A stretch of 20,000 nt of DNA from Coniocarpon cinnabarinum (taxonomy: Eukaryota), in NCBI GenBank assembly GCA_051942205.1, contig JAVECO010000108.1:60842-80841 (forward strand), read 5' to 3'. Under the pieces are notes generated by a model. It worked only from the letters and a program-made list of their open reading frames with translations, ran no database searches and was not told where the DNA came from. Positions 9,378 through 19,288 of the stretch are shown here, piece by piece; position 1 is the first letter of the stretch; every line of letters begins with the position of its first letter. The position numbers and the translations under genes are program-made.

Positions 9378-10883
9378 CTTGAAGCTTTCCTATACTTTAC
9401 CAATAATCGTTTGACAAGATGCGTTTGGGAACTTGCTTGTTCCAGCGTTCCGCCAGGGGCATCATGCGGGCATGAGGACCACAAGCGTGACGAATGCGCC
9501 GAGAAGAACCAGCTTCACGGAACGTCGCTTCGATGGATTACAGGTCTCCCGGGAAATCATGCCTTGTTGCGCTGTTGCCTTCACGCTAGGTGAGATCGTC
9601 CCGTCAAAGAGGCATATCACATGAAACCAAAAAGGGAAATATACTACAAATCATGACACCTATAAAGTGTTTGTTGGCATACCGGCTCGGTCGCCTTCTG
9701 TACTCAAAGAATCCGAGGGAGATGAGCCGAAGGCCGCTATAAGGACATTGCGAGCTGACTTTTTCGACATCATTGATGTGCTGTGAGTCAAAGCTGCCAC
9801 TGCTCAAGCCTGCATTGCTTGTAGGCGACATGACGTCGCGACATCATATTCTGCAATGCTTGTTGTCACACGGACCCTGTTTCAAACAGGCCAAGACATC
9901 ATCCATGTTGAAGCATGTTCGAGCCATCAAAGCAGTCTCGCAATTGAGTTATTCGCAGTGCTGTATTTCGCCTATGGAAATCACGCCGGAGTCGCGTGTG
10001 GACACATGAGCTATCGTGATCTGACTCACACTAAAGTACGCGTTGGATGCTCTTAATTTTCGCTGCGAATGAAGAAGAAAGCCTGTGCTGTCAAAGGACG
10101 CGTGTTGAGGTTGGCATTAGGCATGGCTGGTGCTGTCAGTAGCACGACCAGAGGCAAGATGAAGCGACGGTTAATCTGCCAAGGTTTGTAAACTAGTAGC
10201 TAGCTGCCGCCAATCGTCTGGATATGCAGGGCTCCCCCGTCCTTCTCGTAATCAGCATTGCTTCTGTTCGCATTTGCATGCATCCTTGCAGGCATCCTAT
10301 CGGATTCTTTCGTCGTCGCGTCAAGCCAGACTGATACCAATCACTCGGACCACGCGGGTCTCGCCAATTTGGCCCCACGTCCTGTAAGGCCGGTCCTTGA
10401 GCCACGCCTCCCGTGTCGATCTTCAACCCTCCCTCCGCTCGCCTTGCTCTTCCTTTCTTCTTCTCTGCCCTTGACAGCGACCAGCCTCTGAAGAGCTGTA
10501 GGTTTTGCAGGTTTCGGCTTCGGTGACATCTCAGGCCACCATTCGGTAGAGGCGCTTGCTGTGACCTACGACGTCATCACGCCTTCCCGGTCGTGTCGTG
10601 CTTCTGGTGCTTCTCAAGATCAGCCGAGACCACTTCACTCCATCTCCGTCTTCTTGGTTTTATTTGATAGCAGTACCTTCATTCGCTTCTTTTGCCCTTG
10701 CTAGACCTCAACAGCCCTCTGCATTGATGTCGGTTGATCTGCGCATATCCCTCCCGTCGCTCCGTTACCGTTCCAGGGTGGCGTCTATATCCCGATCTCA
10801 GCTCTCCAACGAGCACACAGGTCATTTAAATATACCAAATAATCGAGGTTGATCCAGTGTACGGCAAGCCCAGATACTCATAG

Positions 10884-10943
10884 GTAATCTCAAACACGAC
10901 CGATTCCATTATAGCAGCAGTTGACCCTCATTACTTCTCGCAG
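10884..10943 (+). other. Candidate 60-nt 5'-UTR intron of the GNAT gene
   Basis: AG|GTAATC donor at 10884, TTGAC branch-like site at 10921-10925, pyrimidine-rich stretch and CGCAG acceptor ending at 10943. An in-frame TAG lies between it and ATG 10997, so it would be non-coding. Confidence 0.5.
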
Positions 10944-10996
10944 TCTTGCTAAAAACAACGACACTGGTTCATTAGCTGCAAGTGAACAGCACTAAC

Positions 10997-12154
10997 ATGG
11001 ATTCGCCGAAAAGCGCTGGAGCCAAGTGGGATGAAAGTATGCCGAAGCGTTCCGAAGCCTCTCCAGCTGAAGACTTCCAGCCTCGCAAAGAGTCGGTGAC
11101 AACTGAAGAGGCGACAAGCAGCCCCCCAGAATCCTTCGAGAAGGTCAACGTCAACGCTGTTACGGACGTAACAACCAAGCAGCATCTTTCAGCAGCCGCC
11201 ACACTTGCTGAGGCTTTTGAACATGACGATGTTGCCCGATACCTTGTCGACGTGTCCGACACCGCCAAGTGGAGTGAGGAAAAGCGGTGGAACCTCCATA
11301 GCACGCTCATGAATTATATCACGGTAAGCTCTATCATCAGTTTCCGGTGCTTCCCTTCATTGATGACTCAATGAATTTTCCAGTATGCTCATGCCAAACG
11401 TGGTCTTGCTACTTACGTGGGAACTTCGGAAGATCCCTTCGGCTCTGTTGCGCTGTGGATGTATCCCAACAAGACCCTCGAATCCGCGTCTGATGTCATC
11501 TCCACCGGTCTTTGGAAGCTTGCCTTCAAACTCACCTCAGACGGTCGCAAGCGTGGCTTCGGCGATTTCTTCCCGTTGCTTGGTCGCACGAAGAAAGAGA
11601 TTCTTGGTTCTCGCGCAAAAGACTGCTATTATCTTGTGTATATTGGCACCAAGCCGGGATGCCGTGGTCTCGGCCTCGCCAGGCAGCTCATCCAAGAGGC
11701 CGCAAAGAGGGCCGACGAAGAGGGAAAGCCGATGTATCTGGAGAGCTCTGCGAAAAGGAATGTCAAGTTCTATCGCAGCCTGGGCTTTGAGGTTCGCAAG
11801 CAAGTGTGGTTGGCCGGTTTAAATGCGAAGGGTCAGAAGATTCCAATGGACATCATGGTCCGTGAGCCCGGCGGTTTACTCACCATGGAAGCTGTTGATA
11901 GCGGTATCAGCATGACTCCTCAAGCTACGCGGGAACGCATTGATGACAGAATCGATCACGTCAACGACAGACTCGAGAGCAATCAACATCTCAAGGGGAA
12001 TCAAGCGTCGAGCGGACCCTCTGTACTAAGCGATGAAGCCCCTCATGATGCGTACGAAAGCCCTGCTGCTAGCTCGCCCCGTGAAGAGACCAACGCCGTG
12101 GAGGCAATGAAAGGCACAGCCAACATTTTGGCGGGCAATGTTGCTAAGATCTGA
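10997..12154 (+). CDS. GNAT-family N-acetyltransferase; exons 10997..11323 and 11384..12154
   Basis: AAATLAEAFEHDDVARYL N-terminal helix, acetyl-CoA-binding motif A YYLVYIGTKPGCRGLGLARQLI and motif B PMYLESSAKRNVKFYRSLGFEV. Phase-0 intron 11324..11383 (GTAAGC...CAG) contains a stop and joins the two ORFs in frame. Confidence 0.9.
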
Positions 12155-12502
12155 CGTTGCTTGGTTTACCTGCGGTTAATGAACATGTTTCACAGAATGA
12201 CACCCACATGATGGAGCCTCTTTCAAGTCGAAATCAACTCTCAACGAAGAATATTCTGAGTTGTAACAGCCAATGAGACCCAAGCCATCGCACCGAAGTG
12301 GCTCACTTTTGCGGAGGTGTTGGGCCGGCCTTAGCGTTGCATTACTTCACATAGAGGGAATTGAAACAATCTCAACATTGTGTCAGGTATTGTATTGATA
12401 TGAATCCATCTTCTGAAATGCTGCGCTCCTAGCCGATGTTTGCAGTATCTTATGCACAGCGGCAAGTCTTCTAATCTAGAGTAATGCTCAAAGTCAGCGC
12501 AT

Positions 12503-14365
12503 TCAGTCCTCGAATTTCACCGCGTTGTTCATCCCGATATCGATCCGACCTCCTCGAAACCCCTGTCCCCTCTTTTTCTTATTCTTCTCCTTCGTAAAGT
12601 CCCTTCCTCTAACCACACTGAGATCATCGTACGCCTTTTGTCCGTAGGAATCAGGGATATAGGCGTTCGAGCTGAATTGTTGCGCCACGGCTATGTTTTC
12701 TGGAATGCGACTGAAAGGCTTGGTCTGGGCTTTTAACAGCGCAGTTCCGTTCATCGTTAGAGCCTGACTGGGCGCAATTTGATCTTCTGGCTGTGTTTTT
12801 GCGTTTGTAGAGTTGGATGTGCTGGTAGAGTTGGAGGTAGCTAGAGTCATGGGTTCCTTCTTGGCCTTCTTAGGAAGAGGGGCGCCGCCGGATTCAGAAT
12901 CTGAAGAGGAAGAGGGAGAGGACGAGGACGAGGACGAAGAGGGGGCTTTGCGTTTCTTGGCGGCCGTTACGGGTGCGGGGATGGATGTTGGTGGTGCAGA
13001 GGGCTTGACTGCAGCTTCGCATTCGCTGTCGCTGTCGCTGTCACTATCACTGGAAGAAGAGGAACTGGAGCTGGATGGCGATGTGGCTTTCTTGTTGGAC
13101 TTGTTGGACTTGTTTGCTAGTGGGTTGGCGGTGCCGTTGACCGTAGGTTTGGAAGTTTGGGCTTCGCTTTCAGAGGAGCTGGATGAGGAGGATGAGGAGG
13201 ATGTGGATTTGGTGGATTTGGTCACGGGATTTTTTGATGTGGCTTTCGAGCTGGCCTTCTTAGTACTGTCGATGGCAGTCTTGTGTTTGACTACCTCTTC
13301 AGATGAGCTTGAAGAGGATGAATCGGCAGCAGTCCCTCTGCTGGAACCGTTGATATTCGGTCCCGATGTAGCTGCAGTATCCGAAGAGGAAGATGATGAT
13401 GCGGAGGAGTCACTATCACTGCTGCCGTGATCCTTGTCGGTTTGGGACTTGGAATGTTTGGCTGCAGACACCATTTTGGCTGAGTCTGTCCGTGACTTCT
13501 TAGTTTTACCCGTTGTGGCCGGCTTGACATTCTCTTTGCCGTTGGGCTCTTCACTGTCCTCATCTGACCCTCCAGAAGAATCCGCGTCGCTCTCGTCGTC
13601 ACTCTCAGAGCCAGACTCAAGGGCCTTATTGGTCTGCTGTGGCGTGTCCAACTCCATTTTGGTGTCCCCATCACTTCCAGAGTCTTCTTTTGCTTCATCT
13701 CCTGATGGGCTAACTTTATGCCCATCCAGCCGCTCCTGCTCTTTGTCTGCCTTTCGTATCTGTTTCCGCATCCTTGCCAGTGCCTCAAAATCTTTCTCTT
13801 CCTCAAGCCTAGCCGCCTCCACACGCATGTCTCTTCGCCTACGCTTAAGCTCCCTCTTCTGTCTCTTTGCTTCGTTCGTCTCCGCTTTCCACCTCTCCCG
13901 CTCCTCGAGCCATCGCTTTCGCTCAGCCGTAGACTGATTTACCCTCTCCGGATTTTGGTCTTTCCACTGAATGAAAATATCGCTCAGGAAGGGCAATCCT
14001 TTGCTCGTCCACTTCCAAACGTCTTGAGAGTGCCCAGGCCGTTTCTGATTGTCTGTGCGCATGCCATGGGCCGCCTTGATGTATCTGTAATCAAGTAGGA
14101 ACTCATGAATAGCATCAAGTAGCTGAGGTGGTGGCAACGGAGGCTCATTACATCCTGAGAAACGATTTCGCCGCTTGGGATTGCGCTCAGGTCTTTTAAT
14201 GCGTTGACGGCCGAGAATCTTGGACTCCTCGTCAACCTTGGTCTTTTCCTCTGTCGACTTGGCAACGAGTTGGGCTCGAGCTTGTTCTTCTTCTGCTCGT
14301 TTCTGTTTCTTTTCCTTTTTCAAGCGAATCTTCTTCGCCTTCTTCGGCCCAACCTTCTTAGGCAT
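12503..14365 (-). CDS. SRP40: SRP40/Nopp140-like nucleolar Ser-rich protein (620 aa from ATG 14365)
   Basis: C-terminal SRP40_C-type domain PFSRIP...FSSNAY...YGQKAYDDLSVVRGRDFTKEKNKKKRG..RGGRID...KFED*. Alternating Ser/acidic and Lys/Pro/Ala-rich blocks. LisH-like PPPQLLDAIHEFLLDYRY. Confidence 0.88.
   Translation of the reverse strand: MPKKVGPKKAKKIRLKKEKKQKRAEEEQARAQLVAKSTEEKTKVDEESKILGRQRIKRPERNPKRRNRFSGCNEPPLPPPQLLDAIHEFLLDYRYIKAAHGMRTDNQKRPGHSQDVWKWTSKGLPFLSDIFIQWKDQNPERVNQSTAERKRWLEERERWKAETNEAKRQKRELKRRRRDMRVEAARLEEEKDFEALARMRKQIRKADKEQERLDGHKVSPSGDEAKEDSGSDGDTKMELDTPQQTNKALESGSESDDESDADSSGGSDEDSEEPNGKENVKPATTGKTKKSRTDSAKMVSAAKHSKSQTDKDHGSSDSDSSASSSSSSDTAATSGPNINGSSRGTAADSSSSSSSEEVVKHKTAIDSTKKASSKATSKNPVTKSTKSTSSSSSSSSSSESEAQTSKPTVNGTANPLANKSNKSNKKATSPSSSSSSSSSDSDSDSDSECEAAVKPSAPPTSIPAPVTAAKKRKAPSSSSSSSSPSSSSDSESGGAPLPKKAKKEPMTLATSNSTSTSNSTNAKTQPEDQIAPSQALTMNGTALLKAQTKPFSRIPENIAVAQQFSSNAYIPDSYGQKAYDDLSVVRGRDFTKEKNKKKRGQGFRGGRIDIGMNNAVKFED
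12895..13430 (-). repeat. Low-complexity coding repeats (poly-Ser and Ser-Asp runs) within SRP40
   Basis: Imperfect GAGGAC/GAGGAT/GCTGTC tandem units on the + strand encode SSSSSS and SDSDSD blocks on the - strand. Confidence 0.7.
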
Positions 14366-14813
14366 ATTTGCAACCACAGGAAGGTCTTCCTGGGTCTGCC
14401 GCTCTGAACCGCAAAGCTTCGGTAGAGCTTAAGAGCTATTTTGCGAAATTTGGGGCAGGCTGTGTCATACTGCTTATGGCAGTTGAGGATGGCCAATTGG
14501 ATCTGCTCTGAGTGTCGCCAACCTACGCCATCTTCCAGTGCATGCAAAGTGCCATTGTATTCATAGTCATGATCTGGGTTTGGAATCGCTTGTGAGAATC
14601 ACGAACTGGAATTGCAAGCTCATCTGCGCACGCTGATGTCCATACTCGCGACACCTGCACGCGTTACGGTCGATCGGCCGACCTTGTTTCACATCATCAA
14701 ATCCGATCAAGTACCTGGGAGAAGGCTTGAGGACACCTCCTCATCCCAGGATACACCGCAACCCTGTCTCCCTCTCTCATTCCTTCACAGCGGACTAAGC
14801 CCAGCCTTCCATC

Positions 14814-17535
14814 ATGGCTTTTCCACGAGTGAATGGGTATCCTCCAGGCCCTGGATATCCTAATGGCAACTATGCACAATCCCCAGCTCCGCAGCCCTTA
14901 CGATCTGGCGCACCACCTCCGATGTCAAGGGCGCAGCAGTTTGAGGACGAAAAGAAACGTATACAGGCAAGTTGCTTTGGCAAAATGGACGAGAAGAATC
15001 AAGGCCCAATGCAATCATACATCACCCATATCAGGGTTGAAGAAGATGGTGCATATCCCTCAGAGCCTCCTCCGCCGGACGCAGATCCTCAATATAAAAA
15101 GCAACGTGTGATTATCGCCGCAGTCAAACAAACGGGGCGAGTTTATCTGCACAAAGCGCGGGAAAACGACGATCGGACATTTCAGATTGGCAAGACGTGG
15201 CCGCTGGAAGAACTGAGCATGATTGAGACCTTTTCTGCAAGAGGCCAGAGAAGTCACCAAGATCTGACACGGGCGCATCTGGGAGGCGACGTGGGCTTTG
15301 TCATTACAATCGCAAAACCGTACTTTTGGAAGGCAAAGACTCCAAAAGAGAAGGCGTTCTTCATTGGTAGTGTGGTTAAGATCTTTCGCAAATATACCAA
15401 TGGCAAGCTTCCTAAACTTGTTGGCTTTGACCCTGAGGAAGAAGCGCAGCTGATAGCTGCAAGCGAGCTTTCGCCTGCTATCCGGCAGCAACCACAGCAA
15501 CATCCACTACCACCATCGCATCCACATCCACCGTATACTTCTGGTCACTCTCTCAGTCCTCTACCTCAACAACCCCCAGGCTCCGCTCATCCCATGTCGC
15601 CCGGCTTAGGGCCGCCTCCGATCATGCCGTATGCACAAAAAGCGCCAGGCTCGAGCTCGTCCCTTCACAGCCAGGAATATGGAGGTGGTCGGAGACGACG
15701 ACCCAGTGATGGCACCATGGATTCTTCGTCAAGACGTTCACCCAGCGCAGCCTCATCTGGAAGGGGACGGCCTCCATCCCCGCCACGACACCTGAATGAA
15801 ATTCCTCCGTTACAAACTCAACATCTTGGCGGACCATCACCAATGGTGACCCCTACCAGTCGAAGCGTGACACCAAATATGCGGACTCGGCCCAGTCAGG
15901 ACCAGATGCGATCCAAGACCCCTGATGCGGTTGTTCCTCGAGTCGGGTATCACGCTTCCAGATCCAATGTATCGTCTCCAGCTCCTACTGATGATCGAGC
16001 AAATCATAGAATAGTTTCTTCGCGTCTCGAGCCTGAAGCGCACGAGCTATCGAGGGATCCGCAGGCGAAATCTCCCAGTGTGTACGCTTCTCCTCACGAT
16101 GCACACCCGTCCTCAACCTCAATTTCCAGCTCAACGGCGGAGCGATGGCGACCACCGGGTGCTTCTGCTGCTCGAGACCGTCCGCACACGCCCAATGAAT
16201 CGATCGCCTCCAATAACAGCGGCCCACGCCGTCCATCATTTACGTCAGATCGCTCATATGGTAACACCTTGAATCCCTCTGTTCCTGAACGTCGGCGGCC
16301 AACGCTCGAGAAAGGCTCCTTTGCATCACAAAATCCTGAGGCTATTGAAGAGGAATCAATGCCGCAGCCATTACGTTCAAAGAAGTCCGAAGCGTCAGAC
16401 TCATCGTCTGCACCGGTCGCACCGCCACCCTTGCAAACCAACGTGTCCTCCTTCAAGAAACCAAACTTGCCCTCTGACACGAACGGCCGACCCAGAAAAT
16501 CAGAAGAATCCAAACCTGTTCCAACGATAACTCCTGCGCCCGCCAGCGCAGTCCCCACGTCAGCCAATCCACAAAGTAGTTCTCGTCCCAGTACGCCCGA
16601 AAATCAGGAGATCAAGGAAGATTCTGCAAGTCCGGGCACTCCGAAACCTGGTCTCGGACCCATGGTGGGCAAGAAACTCTTGGATGGCAATGTAGCTAAT
16701 AAATGGAAGAAAGTAACACAAGCCGCCACAGCAGCAAATGCTTTCAAGCCCAGGGCAGGAGGAGCAGGGGCGCGGTTACTGGCAAGCAAGAACAAGTCGG
16801 CTGATGAGGGACCGGATGGGGTCACAGGCGTAGTACCTGCTCCAAGTCTTCGTGGAACAACAGGCGACGGTCTGGCGGATCGGCTGAATAAATCAAAATC
16901 AGGCAAAGGAGACTTGCAGGTTGCTGGCGCCTTGCCGCCTGTGAACTTGGACTTGGAGGATGGACAAGACAGCTTTTCCGTAAGGACTGACGAGAGACCT
17001 ACAGTCACCGAAGAAACAGAGCCCCAATTAGCGTACCAGTACGAAAACGCGCTAAAGGCGCTTGATGTTGATCCAACAGTACTCGGCGGACAAGGACAAG
17101 AGTATGAAGCAACGTTGACAGAGTTTGGTTGGGCAAACAGCATTTTGCAGAGCAAAACTATCGACAGCATGGAGACTGACATGAGGAGGGAGATTGCCCG
17201 ACTCGAGGCTGGACCTTGGTTGGGACAAGAAACGGAGGATGGTGCACACAAAGACGCTGGCGTCGATGCTTTTGAAAAGGTACTGGACAAAGCTATCGCA
17301 GAATGTGACGAGATGGAACGACTACTCAGTCTGTATGGAGTCGAGTTGGCGGTGAGTTCACGCATAGCCTTCATCTTTTCGAGAGATACGCTGACAATGC
17401 CTGCAGACACTTAATGACGACGTGAACATGATTGAGTCGCAAGCGTCTGGACTGCAGATCACGACTGCGAACCAGAAACTGTTGCAGATGGAGTTGCAGA
17501 GGAGGATAGGCGAGACTTCGTCGGGCTTCAGATGA
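14814..17535 (+). CDS. SEC3: Exocyst Sec3-like protein, C-terminally short (888 aa); exons 14814..17351 and 17407..17535
   Basis: Sec3 N-terminal PIP2-binding PH-like domain (SRAQQFEDEKKRI...SCF...YITHIRVEEDGAYPSEPPP...HKAREN...FQIGKTWPLEEL...KPYFW). Pro/Ser-rich linker. Sec3 coiled-coil LDKAIAECDEMERLLSLYGVELA|TLNDDVNMIESQASGLQITTANQKLLQMELQ across the phase-0 intron 17352..17406 (GTGAGT...GCTGAC...CAG). Stop TGA at 17533-17535. Confidence 0.88.
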
Positions 17536-17740
17536 GTTGCCTTTACTTTATTGCAATCACCGGCTTGTAACATACGGTCATCTTGATCTACACACAAAGT
17601 AGCCCAAGTAAACTGAATGTTGAACGTGTTAACTACCTACCCATCAACTTCATCCCCTCGCCGGCACGTGATCAGCGGACAAATTATAGACAGGGTAAGA
17701 AGATTGTTTGTGACGTCGTCTCAACTCTTACCGAGCCGAC

Positions 17741-17815
17741 GCGGGGGTGGGGCAAGCGCTCACAGCCATTGACGAACGTTCCGACGTGCAGCACGAACGT
17801 CGATGCATAGCGGAG
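17741..17815 (+). promoter_or_regulatory. Cluster of CreA/Mig1-type SYGGRG sites upstream of FBP1
   Basis: GCGGGG (17741-17746), GTGGGG (17747-17752) and GCGGAG (17810-17815), about 240-310 bp upstream of the FBP1 ATG. The motif is short, so chance matches are possible. Confidence 0.45.
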
Positions 17816-17955
17816 GGAGACATTGATGGCTAGATGAGGGTAGAATCGTCTTATTGTAGTTTGTATTATTGAGTCGATCATTGTACATCCGCCAAGTCTA
17901 CCCTTCTAGAGAAAATGCCGTACAGACATGCCATTCATAACTCCATAGATGCTCT

Positions 17956-17968
17956 CCGACTTCTTCCG
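17956..17968 (+). promoter_or_regulatory. CCG-N7-CCG direct repeat, AcuK/AcuM-type gluconeogenic Zn2Cys6 binding site
   Basis: CCG ACTTCTT CCG about 90 bp upstream of the FBP1 ATG. It matches the motif described for AcuK/AcuM targets in Aspergillus nidulans, in front of a gluconeogenic gene. Confidence 0.55.
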
Positions 17969-18054
17969 AGGTACAATCGCTTCATCTGAGGCGTACTTCT
18001 TGACCTATATCCCTTGTTCCTGCAACCTCTTGATTCTTTCAAGTCTTCTTCAAA

Positions 18055-19288
18055 ATGGCTACGAATGGGGCCAATGGTGTCAATAGCGCTCCGCCTCCAG
18101 TTGGACACGAAAACATCAACACCGAGATCATTACTCTTACGCGATTCTTAAATGAAGAACAGGCGAAACACAAGGAAGCCACAGGCGATTTCACGTACGT
18201 CTACATGCAAGCACTTATATTAAGGCTTTCCGCGGCTGACATTTTACAGATTACTGTGTCATGCCCTCCAATTCGCCTTCAAAAGCATTGCGTACTACAT
18301 CCGGAGGGCCTCTCTAATTAATGTTGGTCCTCCGCACCTCAGATAGACACTGCAACTTTCTTCTGATTCCATATGACAGTTGTCCGGCCTAGCAGGCTCT
18401 TCCAACACAACAGGAGACGACCAAAAAAAACTTGATGTGATCGGCAACGATGTCTTCATCTCTGCGATGCGTGGCTCAAAACGAGTCCGGGTGCTCGTGT
18501 CTGAGGAAGAGGAGGACGCCATTATTTTCGAAGAGAACCCTAGCGCCAAGTATGCAGTTGTCTGCGATCCTATTGACGGCTCGTCAAATTTGGATGCGGG
18601 AGTCTCGGTTGGCACTATCTTTGGCATCTATCGGCTGTCAGACGATGCCAAGGGCACGAAGGAGGACATACTCCTTCCAGGTACTCATCTTGTCGCTTCG
18701 GGCTTCACCATGTATGGTGCCTCGGCGCAGCTCGTCATCACGATGAAAGGCGGCAATGTCAACGGATTCACCATGGACAATGCTCTGGGCGAGTTTATCC
18801 TCACGCACCCGGACATGCAGATGCCCAAGAAGAGGGGAATATACTCGGTCAACGAGGGCAACAGCTTGTACTGGGAGGACCCAGTGAAGGAGTGGTGCGA
18901 TAGCTGCAAGTACCCCAAAGAGCAGGGCGGCAAGCCGTACAGCGGCCGATACATTGGATCCATGGTGGCAGATGCCTATCGAACGTTGCTGTACGGCGGC
19001 ATCTTTGCCTATCCGGCAGACAAGAAGAGCGCGAAGGGCAAGCTGCGGATTCTATACGAATGCGCACCGATGGCTATGATTTTCGAAAATGGTAAGCTCA
19101 TTTCCGTGCGGCTTGATCGCTTCAGCGTGCTGACTGCAGCTATAGCGGGCGGACAGGCAATTAATAGCAAGATGAAGCGCATGCTAGAGGTTGTTCCCGA
19201 GCACATTCACGACCGGTCAGGGATCTTCTTGGGGAGCCATGATGAAGTGCAGAAAGTGATTGACATTCACAAGAAGTATGGCTTTTAG
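18055..19288 (+). CDS. FBP1: Fructose-1,6-bisphosphatase class I (355 aa); exons 18055..18194, 18250..18322, 18380..19091, 19146..19288
   Basis: Motifs NTTGDDQKKLDVIGN, LVSEEEE, DPIDGSSNLD, RYIGSMVAD, GKLRILYECAPMA. Introns 18195..18249 (GTACGT...CTGAC...CAG), 18323..18379 (GTTGGT...CTGAT...CAG) and 19092..19145 (GTAAGC...CTGAC...TAG) restore a continuous FBPase. Confidence 0.97.

Noticed and set aside
9600..10060. Short ORFs and an exon-like frame (…HDTYKVFVGIPARSPSVLKESEGDEPKAAIRTLRADFFDIIDVL followed by GTGAGT) between RAD2 and GNAT
   Set aside because: No start codon or convincing acceptor and branch site; I could not build a coherent gene model.
12813..13937. Long plus-strand ORFs (205 and 167 aa) opposite SRP40
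   Set aside because: Antisense shadows of Ser/Lys-rich low-complexity codons, with non-ATG starts and no independent signals.
16094..17410. Minus-strand ORFs (157 and 268 aa) opposite Sec3
   Set aside because: Antisense shadows of the Pro/Ser-rich Sec3 linker with no recognisable domain.
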